A stretch of 64,000 nucleotides of DNA from an uncultured Candidatus Saccharibacteria bacterium (GTDB lineage Bacteria; Patescibacteriota; Doudnabacteria; UBA920), in assembly GCA_964434195.1 (NCBI GenBank), contig CAYSUI010000004.1, positions 4,245 through 68,244 on the forward strand, given 5' to 3'. The translations under genes were made by a program, and so were the position numbers. How positions within the stretch are numbered: position 1 is the stretch's first letter; the number at the start of each line of letters is the position of its first letter. Shown here piece after piece: positions 27,163 through 37,720 of the stretch. The notes under the pieces are model-generated. The model had not been told where the DNA came from. It saw only the letters and a list, made by a program, of their open reading frames with translations, and made no database searches.

Positions 27163-28474
27163 TCTCTACACCTGCGGACCCACTGTTTACGATTTTGCTC
27201 ACATAGGCAACCTACGTACTTACATCTTCGAAGACCTACTAAGAAGAACTCTCGAATACAACAGCCTAAAAGTTACCCACGCGATGAACATAACCGACGT
27301 GGGTCATTTAGTTGGCGACGGCGACGACGGTGAAGATAAAATGGAAAAAGGTGCTAAAAGAGAAGGCAAACACCCTCTTGAGATAGCCAAGTTCTACGAA
27401 AGTAAATTTTTCGAAGACGCTAGTAAATTAAACATACTTCCCCCACACAAACTCCTCCGCGCAACAGAATCTATAACCGAGCAAATAGAAATTATTAAAC
27501 TTCTCGAAGAAAAAGGTTTCACCTACCAGGACGAGTATGCTATATACTTCGACACTAGCAAACTACAAGACTATGGAAAGCTAAGTGGGCAGAACCTAAG
27601 CGAAAAAAAAGTTGGAGCTAGGGAAGAAGTAGTAATAGACGAAAAAAAGAAAAATCCCCAGGACTTCGTGCTCTGGTTTTTCCTCAAAGGTAAATTCGAA
27701 AACCATATACTAAAATGGCCTTCCCCATGGGGTGAAGGTTTTCCCGGTTGGCACATAGAATGCTCTGCTATTAGCAAAAAACTCCTAGGTCAACCATTCG
27801 ACATTCACTGTGGTGGTGTAGACCACATTGGCACTCACCACACCAACGAAATCGCCCAAAGCGAGGCGGCTTTCGGTACACCTCTCTGCAATATATGGAT
27901 GCATGGTGAATTCCTGCTCATAAACGGTGGTCGAATGGGTAAAAGCGAAGGCAATTTAAAAACAATAGACTCGCTTAGAGAAACCGGTTTCAACCCTCTT
28001 GTTTACCGTTACCTCTGCTTAACAGCTCACTACAGAACCCAACTAAACTTCACCGAAGAAAATTTAAAAGCCAGCGAAACGGCATTAAATAGACTCTACG
28101 AGTTCACAAAAAACATTACCCCAGCAGCAGTTGGCCTAGAAGAATATGAAACCGAATTCCTAAAACTCATTAACGAAGACCTAAATCTCCCAGGAGCACT
28201 CGCCCTTACTTGGAAAATGCTTGCAACCGACCACCCAAAAGAAAATAAACTAAAAACACTACTTAAATTCGATCAAGTCTTCGGATTGTCTTTAAATAAC
28301 CCACCAGTTGATGAATTTACAATCCCAGAAAAAATTGCACAGCTCTTAGAACAAAGAGAAACAGCAAAAAAAGATAAAGATTTCGAAACCTCAGACAAAC
28401 TAAGGCAAGAAATAGAAACCCAAGGCTGGGTTCTAATGGACACCCCCGAAGGACAAAAAGTTAAGAAAAAATAA
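27092..28474 (+). CDS. cysS: Cysteine--tRNA ligase
   Basis: YTCGPTVY..AHIGN, PGWHIECSA, RMGKS (KMSKS-like). Confidence 0.98.
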   Translation: MIKLFNTLGRKLEQLSPIQKNEVSLYTCGPTVYDFAHIGNLRTYIFEDLLRRTLEYNSLKVTHAMNITDVGHLVGDGDDGEDKMEKGAKREGKHPLEIAKFYESKFFEDASKLNILPPHKLLRATESITEQIEIIKLLEEKGFTYQDEYAIYFDTSKLQDYGKLSGQNLSEKKVGAREEVVIDEKKKNPQDFVLWFFLKGKFENHILKWPSPWGEGFPGWHIECSAISKKLLGQPFDIHCGGVDHIGTHHTNEIAQSEAAFGTPLCNIWMHGEFLLINGGRMGKSEGNLKTIDSLRETGFNPLVYRYLCLTAHYRTQLNFTEENLKASETALNRLYEFTKNITPAAVGLEEYETEFLKLINEDLNLPGALALTWKMLATDHPKENKLKTLLKFDQVFGLSLNNPPVDEFTIPEKIAQLLEQRETAKKDKDFETSDKLRQEIETQGWVLMDTPEGQKVKKK

Positions 28475-28497
28475 AAAAACACGTTTTCCGTGTTTTA
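28473..28497. terminator. Bidirectional terminator
   Basis: AAAAAAACACG-TTTTC-CGTGTTTT between convergent genes. Confidence 0.6.
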
Positions 28498-29850
28498 GCT
28501 TATTCCCATAAGCTTCATAAGAAGTTCGTAGTTGCCTCTGACTTTTTCAGGTCTCGGTAATCTGAATTTGGAAGATCCTGAAATCTTGTAAAACTGAATC
28601 GGCGCAGTATGGTATTTGGCGTTGCCATTTTCCATTTCAATTTCCGGCTCTCCTTTGAACATAAAAGCATTCGCCTCTGGAGGCGCTATCCTCTTAATCT
28701 CTTTCATGTCGAACCGGAAGAACACGTAATGCCCACCAATTTCAGTTCTAAAAACCTGAACCTCACCAACCGGGGTTATGTCCTCGATTAAATACTCTGG
28801 TGTGTAAGTACTCATTGAATCACCCTTCTTGCCGTAATGAGTAAAATACCGCCCAGCATATTCCATAACCTGATAAAACCCAAAAGGCTTCTCATTTGCA
28901 GGTTCAAGCAGACTCTCCCAGTTCTGCTCGATCAAACCCTCAACATCATCAGGTCCAGGGTGAATATTTTGGAATCTCTCAGGAGTATTAACACCCACAA
29001 ACCGAGTTCCATCATTCCAGGAGTGGCAACTAACGTCGGTCACAAGCGACCTATGTTGTTCATGGTTCATAGACTGTAGTTGTCCTATAGAGAGCAGGTT
29101 AGCAAATGCCAGACCCGGCTCAGCAATCCGGTCAAAAAACCTATACAAAGGTCCGTCCTTTATGGATATTAGAAACGGGTCTGAATATGGTTTCGCAAAC
29201 TCTCTATGCATCGCCCGTCGCCTTACGCAGTACTCTTCATGACCAGCAAGCCCGTAGCGATTTTCTGGATCTTTCTGAGATTCTTCAGCGTGCCACTTTC
29301 TAGCATACTCAAGGTGAAAATCTAAATACTCCTTGTACCAACCACCAAGCCTCGCCCGGACCATTGGGTCGCACTCTGCCTCAGAATAACGAAGGATCGA
29401 AAGAAAAGAAAACTCGTAGCGATCCAGGTATTCCTCCAAATCGACCACATAAACTTTCCCATAAAAACCATCTTCCAATTTCCTGAACTCGTCGAGTGTA
29501 ATGCGCCCTCCCTCGACTCTCGTGTTTTTAGCTTGGTAACTGTGTGCATAGGCTTTCATTATTCCGGTCTTATCCGCCATTGGACCAACCCCATGAGCAA
29601 CAATCGCAATTAGCCTACCACCCTTACTCCTTCCAACAAATTCAGAAGAGTTAGTAGTAAAGTATCGCACCCAAGGCGTGCTATCTAAACCAGTCGCAAG
29701 TCTTGCTCGAATAATATCGGGCAAAGTAGCAACTCTACCTTCGTTACCTGCAAATTTCTTTGCATCCTCATAGGAGGGAACAAATCCATCACCATGGTAA
29801 AAAGCCATCGCTTGAGGCTTCTCTAACTCGCTATTTTTCCTCGTATTCAT
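28495..29850 (-). CDS. Hypothetical protein (451 aa)
   Basis: Long ORF with GAAAGG RBS; the N-terminal YEDAKKFA...GRVATLPDII segment weakly resembles C-type-lectin/FGE-like folds. Confidence 0.75.
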   Translation of the reverse strand: MNTRKNSELEKPQAMAFYHGDGFVPSYEDAKKFAGNEGRVATLPDIIRARLATGLDSTPWVRYFTTNSSEFVGRSKGGRLIAIVAHGVGPMADKTGIMKAYAHSYQAKNTRVEGGRITLDEFRKLEDGFYGKVYVVDLEEYLDRYEFSFLSILRYSEAECDPMVRARLGGWYKEYLDFHLEYARKWHAEESQKDPENRYGLAGHEEYCVRRRAMHREFAKPYSDPFLISIKDGPLYRFFDRIAEPGLAFANLLSIGQLQSMNHEQHRSLVTDVSCHSWNDGTRFVGVNTPERFQNIHPGPDDVEGLIEQNWESLLEPANEKPFGFYQVMEYAGRYFTHYGKKGDSMSTYTPEYLIEDITPVGEVQVFRTEIGGHYVFFRFDMKEIKRIAPPEANAFMFKGEPEIEMENGNAKYHTAPIQFYKISGSSKFRLPRPEKVRGNYELLMKLMGIS

Positions 29851-29987
29851 TTTTAACCTTTCCTTTTTCTGGTTTCAGGTTCATACACCCACAGGCCGAA
29901 TTGCCTGCGGAACCCATTTTATATCACAAACCGCACTATTTTTCAAATACCCCGATACCACCTAACTATGTTAAAATACTCAAACCT

Positions 29988-31388
29988 ATGACTACAAAAT
30001 CAACACCAAATATAGATAGAATTCCCCCGCAAAACCTAGAGGCCGAAAAATCGGTCCTTGGCTGTTTACTGCTCGACCGCGACGGTATTATTAAAATCGC
30101 CGATATCTTAATTTCAGACGACTTTTACGACCACCGTCACAAACTTATTTTCGAGGCTATTTTAAGGCTCTATCAAAAAAACTCACCAATAGACATCCTT
30201 ACTGTCTCTTCTGCCCTAGAAGACGTTAAATCACTCGATAGGGCTGGTGGCACCTCTTATATAGCTGAACTCGGCAGCGTAGTACCAAATAGCGCTCACA
30301 TTGTCCACTACGCTGGCATCGTGCGTAAAAAAGGTACCCTTAGAAGGCTCATTAATTCTGCTTCCGAAATAACACATCTCGCCTACGAAGAGGAAGGCGA
30401 AGTAGAAACTATTCTCGACCAAGCTGAGCAAAAACTATACGGGGTCACCCAAAAACATCTTAAACAAAATTTTATCTCTATCTCAGATGTCCTTCACGAA
30501 ACTTTCGAAAGAATAGACGAACTACACAGAGACAAAGGCAAATTCCGTGGTCTACCCACAGGTTACGTAGACATGGACAATATCCTTGGCGGTTTTCAAA
30601 AATCCGACCTTATTATACTCGCTGCCCGTCCTAGTATGGGTAAAACCTCTTTCGCATTGGAAATTATTAAAAACATTTCCACACAGGCCAAAATCCCTAC
30701 CGCCATTTTCTCTCTCGAAATGAGCAAAGATCAATTAGTAGACAGACTTCTTTCATCTGAATCAGATGTTAATCTTTGGAAAATTCGTACTGGTAATTTA
30801 AACGAAGAAGATTTCGAAAAAATAGGAGTTGCTATGGGTCGGCTAGGAGAAGCGCAAATTTTCATTGACGACGCTGCTGGTAGCAACATTATGGAAGTAA
30901 GAACCAAAGCTCGTAGATTACAACAGGAACATGGTATAGGAATGGTAGTTATCGACTACCTTCAACTCATGTCAGGCCACAATACCGACAACCGCGTACA
31001 AGAAGTTAGCGAAATTTCCAGGTCTCTTAAAATACTCGCTCGTGAACTTAATGTTCCAGTCTTAGCTTTATCTCAGTTATCTCGAAGCGTTGAACAACGC
31101 CCAGACAAAGTACCACAACTTTCAGACCTCAGAGAATCAGGTTCAATCGAACAAGATGCAGACGTCGTTATGTTTATTTACCGAGAAGATATGTATAAAG
31201 GAGCAGATAGTAAACGTCCTCATATTGCTGAAATACACATTAAAAAACATCGTAACGGACCGACCGGACAAGTAGACTTATACTTTGACAATGAAAAAAC
31301 AGCATTCAAAAACCTTGCAAAACAATTCGACACTCGCCCCCAAACTGTAATGCAATCGGTAAATAGCACAGAAGAAGATTTTAATTAA
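29988..31388 (+). CDS. dnaB: Replicative DNA helicase
   Basis: PPQNLEAEKSVLG, AARPSMGKT, IDYLQLM, SDLRESGSIEQDAD, KHRNGPTG; start trimmed to MTTKST. Confidence 0.98.
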   Translation: MTTKSTPNIDRIPPQNLEAEKSVLGCLLLDRDGIIKIADILISDDFYDHRHKLIFEAILRLYQKNSPIDILTVSSALEDVKSLDRAGGTSYIAELGSVVPNSAHIVHYAGIVRKKGTLRRLINSASEITHLAYEEEGEVETILDQAEQKLYGVTQKHLKQNFISISDVLHETFERIDELHRDKGKFRGLPTGYVDMDNILGGFQKSDLIILAARPSMGKTSFALEIIKNISTQAKIPTAIFSLEMSKDQLVDRLLSSESDVNLWKIRTGNLNEEDFEKIGVAMGRLGEAQIFIDDAAGSNIMEVRTKARRLQQEHGIGMVVIDYLQLMSGHNTDNRVQEVSEISRSLKILARELNVPVLALSQLSRSVEQRPDKVPQLSDLRESGSIEQDADVVMFIYREDMYKGADSKRPHIAEIHIKKHRNGPTGQVDLYFDNEKTAFKNLAKQFDTRPQTVMQSVNSTEEDFN

Positions 31389-31400
31389 TTAAAATAAAAA

Positions 31401-31468
31401 ATATAGAATAACGAATGACGAAGACTCATAAATAATCACTCCCATTCTTCATTCTCTATTCGTCATTC
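31401..31468. repeat. Inverted heptamer tandem-repeat hairpin
   Basis: AGAATAA-CGAATGA-CGAA faces CATTCTT-CATTCTC-TATTCGT-CATTC; includes the 10-bp perfect IR GAATGACGAA/TTCGTCATTC. Confidence 0.55.
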
Positions 31469-31474
31469 ACCCCC

Positions 31475-32077
31475 ATGCAACTCCCTAAATCTCTTGAAAA
31501 ACTAATCACAGAATTCAGCAAACTTCCAGGCATCGGACCCAAGTCAGCCCAGAGGTTAGCTTTCTATATGCTTAAAAGAGATTTGTATGAGGTAAATCAA
31601 CTATCTGAAGCGGTAAAAAATGTAAGAAACGATATCACCTTCTGCTCTTTGTGCCACAATATGGACGACGCAAACCCATGCAATACATGCACAGACCAAA
31701 ACCGAAATAAAAGCATAATCTGTATCGTGGAAGAACCTATGGATGCATTGGCACTCGATAAAACAGGTGCCTATAAAGGCTTATTTCACATCCTTGGTGG
31801 TGTTTTAAACCCAATGGAAGGTATTGGTCCAGAAAAACTTAATATCAACTCTCTATTGAACCGCGTCCAAAATTCTACGGAACCGATCGAAGAAATAATT
31901 ATAGCTACAAACCCCACACTCGAAGGCGAAACCACAGCCATGCATCTTACTAAAATCCTCGCCCCCACAGGCATAACAGTCACCCGAATAGCTCGTGGAC
32001 TTCCTATGGGAGGAGTTCTCGAATATGCAGACGAAATTACTCTTTCCCGCGCACTCGAAGGAAGAAGAAATATATAA
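31475..32077 (+). CDS. recR: Recombination mediator RecR
   Basis: LPGIGPKSAQRLA, C4 zinc finger, Toprim ATNPTLEGETTA, LEYADEITL. Confidence 0.97.
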   Translation: MQLPKSLEKLITEFSKLPGIGPKSAQRLAFYMLKRDLYEVNQLSEAVKNVRNDITFCSLCHNMDDANPCNTCTDQNRNKSIICIVEEPMDALALDKTGAYKGLFHILGGVLNPMEGIGPEKLNINSLLNRVQNSTEPIEEIIIATNPTLEGETTAMHLTKILAPTGITVTRIARGLPMGGVLEYADEITLSRALEGRRNI

Positions 32078-32109
32078 AAAAACTCCGCTTAAATGAAGCG
32101 GAGTTTTTT
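32075..32109. terminator. Bidirectional terminator between recR and rplU
   Basis: AAAAAAACTCCGCTT...AAGCGGAGTTTTTTT. Confidence 0.75.
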
Positions 32110-32414
32110 TATATTTTTACAATTTCTATTTCAGTATATGCTTGTCTGTGACCAATTTTCTTACGGTACTTACTTTTTGCCTTATACTTAAGAACTTCTA
32201 CTTTCTTGCCTCTACCCTGTTTTAAAACTTTTGCAGTTATAACAGCTCCGGTAATATAAGGCTTTCCTACGCTGTATTTACCACCGTCTTCAGTAAACAG
32301 AACTTTATCCAAAGAAATAGATTCACCAACCGCTTGGTCGATCTTTTCTATTTGTACCTTGTCCCCTTCTTTAACCAGATACTGCTTACCACCTATTTCA
32401 AATATTGCGCTCAT
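32109..32414 (-). CDS. rplU: 50S ribosomal protein L21
   Basis: IGGKQYLVKEGD, KYKAKSKYRKKIGHRQAYT. Confidence 0.97.
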   Translation of the reverse strand: MSAIFEIGGKQYLVKEGDKVQIEKIDQAVGESISLDKVLFTEDGGKYSVGKPYITGAVITAKVLKQGRGKKVEVLKYKAKSKYRKKIGHRQAYTEIEIVKI

Positions 32415-32640
32415 CTCTAAATAAATTAAATAATTTCTCTTATTTTCTTAACTCTTATTTTAAGAGTTCTAAACTATAGTGCAGAAACTATTTTAGCTAA
32501 AACTGACAAAAAAGTCAAAATTCCCCCATTTAGCTTGACTATAGCAATAAATCTGCGTAAAATTGTCAAAAGGTTTAGTTAATAAAAAACCAGCACAAAA
32601 TCCTGATATTTTGTGAATTTTATCGTTTTGAGGAGGAATT

Positions 32641-32817
32641 GTGAATACTTCAATCCTGGCCTTTTCCATTTTGGCCCTAATAACAATGACCGTTGGCGCG
32701 ATCCGATATCGCCCGATTATCGCTTATTCTATAAAATCCTACCTGATTCCAACTTCGCGTCAGTACCAAGCCCGCATTAATGGTACTCGCTATCGGGAAG
32801 TGGGTTACAAACTGTAG
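32641..32817 (+). CDS. Small single-TM protein (58 aa, below the ORF-track cutoff)
   Basis: GTG start with GAGGAGG 4 nt upstream and promoter TTGACT-17-TAAAAT (32535-32563); translates as MNTSILAFSILALITMTVGAIRYRPII...GYKL. Confidence 0.6.
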   Translation: MNTSILAFSILALITMTVGAIRYRPIIAYSIKSYLIPTSRQYQARINGTRYREVGYKL

Positions 32818-32829
32818 CTTTTTAAAAAG

Positions 32830-33888
32830 CTATTTTTTTTTAAGCTCTTTTCTTCTATAAACATAAGCTACTAAAACACCTAAAGCAACCATTACAAAGA
32901 CTAATACTACCAAAGCAACCAGTTTTCCTAAACTCTGCAAAAAAACAGCAAAAAATCCAAACACAGCAGATATTAACCAAAGTACGTAAACTGCCTGTCT
33001 CTGATTCAAACCAATATCTAGTAATCTGAAATGCAAATGCTTCCTATCGCCCACAAAAGGACTTACCCCAGACTGAATTCTCCTAAATATTGCCCAAGCT
33101 ACATCTAAAATTGGAATTCCCATGACCAAAAGCGCAGTCGCAATTTTACCTCCTAAAATTATCGAAATTACTCCGAGCAAAAATCCTATTAGAGTACTAC
33201 CCCCCTCTCCTAAAAATATACTTGCAGGGTTAAAATTATAAAACAAAAAACCTAAGCAAGCTCCAGCTAAAAGAATAGCTAAACTTGCCGTAATCGGCTG
33301 ATTAACTCTTGGTGTTAACGAAAGAAAAAACAGGGTAAGCGCAGCTATAACCCCAATCCCGCTAACCAAACCATCCATCCCATCTAATATCTTGGTTGTA
33401 TAAGTCATGCCCATTAACCACACAAATGTAAAAATTGCCGAAATTGGTACACCTAAAATATCATCTCCAAAATATAATATCCCACCAAAAGGATTAGTTA
33501 TAAATTTAATCCCCACTCCTATCCCAAAACCCACACATAACAAACTAGCGACAGCAGGAAATATCCAAGACCATTTAGCGCTTAGTGTATAAATGTCATC
33601 CAAAATACCTCCAATACTCAAAATTAGAATAGAAAGTACAATAGCAACAAAAAATTTCAAAGGCACGATTCGAAAATCTATATCTCCAAAATACAGAAAA
33701 AAAGAAAGCCCAATCACAAATGTAAGAGCCACTGAAATCCCTCCCAGTAGCGGCGTTGGCCTCTTATGAATTTTCCTATCCGATACAGGTATATCTAACG
33801 CTTTATATTTATATGCCAATTTCCTCACAATAGGCACTAAATATACCGATATAAATGTAGACAGAACCAATAAAACAAAATACCTCAT
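32830..33888 (-). CDS. Undecaprenyl-phosphate GlcNAc-1-phosphate transferase (WecA/TagO, MraY-like family)
   Basis: RKIHKRPTPLLGG, GILDD, DGMDGL, FNPASIFLGEGGS, DRKHLHFRL. Confidence 0.9.
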   Translation of the reverse strand: MRYFVLLVLSTFISVYLVPIVRKLAYKYKALDIPVSDRKIHKRPTPLLGGISVALTFVIGLSFFLYFGDIDFRIVPLKFFVAIVLSILILSIGGILDDIYTLSAKWSWIFPAVASLLCVGFGIGVGIKFITNPFGGILYFGDDILGVPISAIFTFVWLMGMTYTTKILDGMDGLVSGIGVIAALTLFFLSLTPRVNQPITASLAILLAGACLGFLFYNFNPASIFLGEGGSTLIGFLLGVISIILGGKIATALLVMGIPILDVAWAIFRRIQSGVSPFVGDRKHLHFRLLDIGLNQRQAVYVLWLISAVFGFFAVFLQSLGKLVALVVLVFVMVALGVLVAYVYRRKELKKK

Positions 33889-35555
33889 ACGTTTTCTTCT
33901 CCAACACTCTGCATTTCTTTCATATCTAAACCAGTGGTAACTCCCTTCCTTGTTTTAGGGGTTACCCAAAACTCAAGATATTTCCCAAGCATTAATCGGG
34001 TTTGTGCTTCTATCGCTGGTAGACTGCCAAACACAAGCGAAACTATGGGAACCAAAAACCATTGCAGATACATCATTACACTCCTACTTCTGCCATATTT
34101 TTTTGGTCTAGGTGGTAATAGGATTAAATTAATGTAAACACTAAAAATTAAAAAGAATGTTGCAATGGTCATAAGGGTCTTTGTTGTCTTCGGTAAATTG
34201 AACGCAACCACACTCGAGGTAAAATCCTGACCCCCAACAAAAAGCGGTAACCACCCTAAAGTTGAAATTAAGATACTAGCCGTAGCCCAGTTAAAATCAC
34301 CTTCAACATACTGCCAAAGCTTATACATCCTATCGAAAAAAGGAGCTTTACTGGTGATTAATTTAGGGACCAGATGAGGATAATATTCAACATTATAAGC
34401 CCAACGTCTTTTCTGTTTGTATTGATTCACTAATGTTTGCCAAAAACTATCAGCCAAACAAGTGTCTAAAGATATCGGAATAAATAAAGGCACTACCTGG
34501 TAATCACCTTTGTAATGCAAATAACATTGCCAGAAAATATACCCATCTTCATTCACTATATCTTTTTTCCACATTCCCACCTCAAGAAGAGTAAGTAACG
34601 GCATAGAATGCGATGAAAAAGTCCTAAGCCTGTCCGGCCTACTAGATTCAGTAAATTGCCAAAAAGAATTCGACACAGATACAACCCGAATGAAAGCCGG
34701 ACTATCCCATATATTATTATTATAAATAGCTATAGGCTGATAACTTCTCCTATATCTTTTCTCTGTAAGCACAAACTCGTACGCAACTCTTGCAAAATAC
34801 TCTGGGTGCACTATGGTGTCGCTATCGAAATTCGAAATTATCACATTCTCTTTCGAAATTTTTAATTTATCTAATTCACTTAAAATAGACAAAACCGCAA
34901 AGCTCGCATTTGCACTTTTACCTTTTATCTCTCCAGGTAACCCATCAGGGTGCCTCGTTATGAATACCTTATAAAATCCATCACTATATTTTTCTTTTAT
35001 CTGTTCAGCAATCTTAAGCGCAGACTCCCCGACTCTCTCTTCATTTGCCAGAAGGAGTATTAAATTCTCTCTACTATAATTCGTATTTACGAGTGCGGAA
35101 ACAGTAGAATCTAAAACCTCAAAAGATTCATCTACAAAAGGAATAATTATCAAATGATAAATATTTCTATAATCAGGTATCTCAACTTTACTTTCTATTA
35201 ACTTATTTATCCTAGAAATTTCTTTTCTTATAAAAAATCTTTCAACTCTTTTCCCACTCAAATCGAGCTTACCTTGTAATTCTGCAGCTAATTCTTTTAA
35301 ATCTATCGTTAAATTTAATAATTTCCGCCAATCAATTTTGACAACAACTCTAAATATCCTATAACTCGACATCAAATGAAATGCCGTATTTATCGCCTTC
35401 AAAACCCAGTAGAGGTCGAAACAAATAATAAACAAAGCTGCCGCAACCGGTTTTAAAAAGGATAAAGCGATAGCTGATACAAATACAACCCAAAACGACA
35501 AACCAGGAAGAATTTCCCAAAACCTCTCCCTAGTAGTTCTTTTTCTATAACTCAT
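33885..35555 (-). CDS. Membrane GT2-family glycosyltransferase (CPR type)
   Basis: GKSAN, FDSDT (DxD), ED and QKRRWA (QxxRW) motifs with flanking TM helices. Confidence 0.85.
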   Translation of the reverse strand: MSYRKRTTRERFWEILPGLSFWVVFVSAIALSFLKPVAAALFIICFDLYWVLKAINTAFHLMSSYRIFRVVVKIDWRKLLNLTIDLKELAAELQGKLDLSGKRVERFFIRKEISRINKLIESKVEIPDYRNIYHLIIIPFVDESFEVLDSTVSALVNTNYSRENLILLLANEERVGESALKIAEQIKEKYSDGFYKVFITRHPDGLPGEIKGKSANASFAVLSILSELDKLKISKENVIISNFDSDTIVHPEYFARVAYEFVLTEKRYRRSYQPIAIYNNNIWDSPAFIRVVSVSNSFWQFTESSRPDRLRTFSSHSMPLLTLLEVGMWKKDIVNEDGYIFWQCYLHYKGDYQVVPLFIPISLDTCLADSFWQTLVNQYKQKRRWAYNVEYYPHLVPKLITSKAPFFDRMYKLWQYVEGDFNWATASILISTLGWLPLFVGGQDFTSSVVAFNLPKTTKTLMTIATFFLIFSVYINLILLPPRPKKYGRSRSVMMYLQWFLVPIVSLVFGSLPAIEAQTRLMLGKYLEFWVTPKTRKGVTTGLDMKEMQSVGEENV

Positions 35556-35571
35556 ACAGAGTCAAATCTAA

Positions 35572-35898
35572 TTAGTTAATACTTAACAAAAACATATAAG
35601 CGACAAAAAGCACAATACTTACCAATAAAGTAGTATATATCGACACCTCTGCTAAAAAGTCTTGTTTAGATCTTCTTAGAAAAACATACATTATTGTGTT
35701 AAATACAAGTATAAAAAAACCGATTATCGGGATTTTATAATTATTTGAAGCATCACCAAAATATTCTGCTCCTACAATTACATTGTAATGTAAAACTACC
35801 GATCTAGAGGATTTTCCCTGGGCAACTATAATTGCCAATGTTATAATATTAATAACAAAGGTTGCTAACCAAACTATAAAAATACGATATTTAAGCAT
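35572..35898 (-). CDS. Small 3-TM membrane protein (DUF1648-like)
   Basis: VVLHYNVIVG motif between hydrophobic helices. Confidence 0.65.
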   Translation of the reverse strand: MLKYRIFIVWLATFVINIITLAIIVAQGKSSRSVVLHYNVIVGAEYFGDASNNYKIPIIGFFILVFNTIMYVFLRRSKQDFLAEVSIYTTLLVSIVLFVAYMFLLSIN

Positions 35899-35944
35899 AC
35901 CTACATAGTTTAATCAAAATCACTATTTCCGTAAAACAAACAAA

Positions 35945-37702
35945 TTGACAAAAAATCAAAAAATTGCATTCCTTCTGATACTTTTTCTGGCTATTTTTTT
36001 CAGAACTTTTCAACTAATCAAGTACGAAAAGTCTCCTCTGAATCCTACTAGCACAAAAACAATTCAGGCAGATATGCCTGGCGGTCTATTTCCTGACGAA
36101 GCAGCAAATGGTTTAGATATTATCTCAATGGAACAAGGCCAATTACAGCCTTTCTACGAGCGAGGAAACGGACGAGAAGCACTTTTTTTCTACATGATAT
36201 GGGCTATGGTAAAAATATTTGGGTTTGGTGTTTGGCAACACCACCTTACATCAGCCCTGATCGGTATCATAGCTTGTATTGGAACATTCTTCCTTTCTAG
36301 GGTTTTATTTAATTTATATGAGGATAAAAACAAAAGCACTAACATTGCCCTGCTTAGTTTTTTTCTAATCTCAACTAGCTCATGGCACACTGTGCTTTCA
36401 AGAACAGCATTCAGGGCTAATCTCATTCCCCTCTTTGCAACTTTTACTTTTTATTTCCTAATTAAAAGCTGGAATTCAGAAACTCTTAAGAAAAAACTAA
36501 TTTACTCAACTCTACTAGGCGCTACTTTTGCCTTAGGTTTCTACACCTATATCGCTTACCGAATTCTTGTACCAATTCTATTCTTTGCCGTACTCTGGCC
36601 CCTTTTAAATTATTTTTGGCATAACAGAAAACTTTCAGCAATCAAATTTGATTGGATAAAACAACTAAGCTTAGCGATTATTGCATTTATTATCTTTATA
36701 TTTCCACTCGCCCATTATTTTTACACCCATCCAGGTAGTTTTATTGGAAGAAGCGGACAAGTCAGTGTTTTTAATCCCGAACTCAACAATGGTAATCTTA
36801 TAGGTACCGTACTTGAAGTTGGTAAAGAAAGCTTTCTCGCTTATTTTACCAATGGAGACCTTAATTACAGACACAACGTCTCAGGTCAACCTTTCCTGTC
36901 CCCGCTAGTTTCTCCTTTTTTTGCATTCGGTCTAATAACTTCCCTACTCTTAGCCTTATATTATTTCTTTAGACCGGAAAAATATAAAATTTATTGGCCA
37001 CACTTTCTAATGATAGGCTGGTTCTTTGGAATGCTTATACCTGTAATAACCACTGCCGAAGGTATTCCGCACGGCCTACGAAGTATCGGGACTATTCCAG
37101 CCGTATTTATTATTTCGGCTTTTGGAATTATCCAAGTGACAGAAATTATAAAAAAACTCATAAGATACAAACTTGAGCTTTTACAAGGTTATGCCAAAAG
37201 CCTGAGTATCTATAAAGGCGAACCTGTTAGATGGTGGGTATGCAAATCTTTCGGCATCATACTTGCTTCACTTTTCTTTATTGGAGTTCCATTAGAAACA
37301 TATTCAAACTACTTCGTAATCGCTTATAACGATCCATCAAATTTTTATTCATTCAGATCTGACCTTACAGTAGTTTCTGATTACCTTAAAATATACGGTG
37401 ACAAAAAAACTACTTACTTAGTCCTTGATAAATTTTCAGTACAGACTCCCGACTACCTTACCGTAGTAGATCCGAAAAACTTAGAGTCCAATCCAAAAAA
37501 TCGACCCTATACACAAGTAGACCCAGAGCAAATACAGAATCTCGAAAAACTCCACACCATTAAAACTGGTGACCAAATAGTATTTACACAATCAAGTATC
37601 TACGATATAAAACGCTTCAAAGAAGCCTACCCTAATTATCGACTCACCTACGAGCAAAGGAATAAATTCGGACAAGCGGTAATAGCAGTTTATGTTAAAT
37701 AA
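35945..37702 (+). CDS. GT-C fold glycosyltransferase (ArnT/PMT_2-like)
   Basis: PGGLFPDEAANG after TM1, SRTAFR, GFYTYIAYR and many TM helices. Confidence 0.85.
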   Translation: MTKNQKIAFLLILFLAIFFRTFQLIKYEKSPLNPTSTKTIQADMPGGLFPDEAANGLDIISMEQGQLQPFYERGNGREALFFYMIWAMVKIFGFGVWQHHLTSALIGIIACIGTFFLSRVLFNLYEDKNKSTNIALLSFFLISTSSWHTVLSRTAFRANLIPLFATFTFYFLIKSWNSETLKKKLIYSTLLGATFALGFYTYIAYRILVPILFFAVLWPLLNYFWHNRKLSAIKFDWIKQLSLAIIAFIIFIFPLAHYFYTHPGSFIGRSGQVSVFNPELNNGNLIGTVLEVGKESFLAYFTNGDLNYRHNVSGQPFLSPLVSPFFAFGLITSLLLALYYFFRPEKYKIYWPHFLMIGWFFGMLIPVITTAEGIPHGLRSIGTIPAVFIISAFGIIQVTEIIKKLIRYKLELLQGYAKSLSIYKGEPVRWWVCKSFGIILASLFFIGVPLETYSNYFVIAYNDPSNFYSFRSDLTVVSDYLKIYGDKKTTYLVLDKFSVQTPDYLTVVDPKNLESNPKNRPYTQVDPEQIQNLEKLHTIKTGDQIVFTQSSIYDIKRFKEAYPNYRLTYEQRNKFGQAVIAVYVK

Positions 37703-37720
37703 AAAATACCGTTTACACGG

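Noticed and set aside
29760-29987. 76-aa N-terminal extension of DnaB
   Set aside because: It overlaps the divergent gene; DnaB homology begins at MTTKST.
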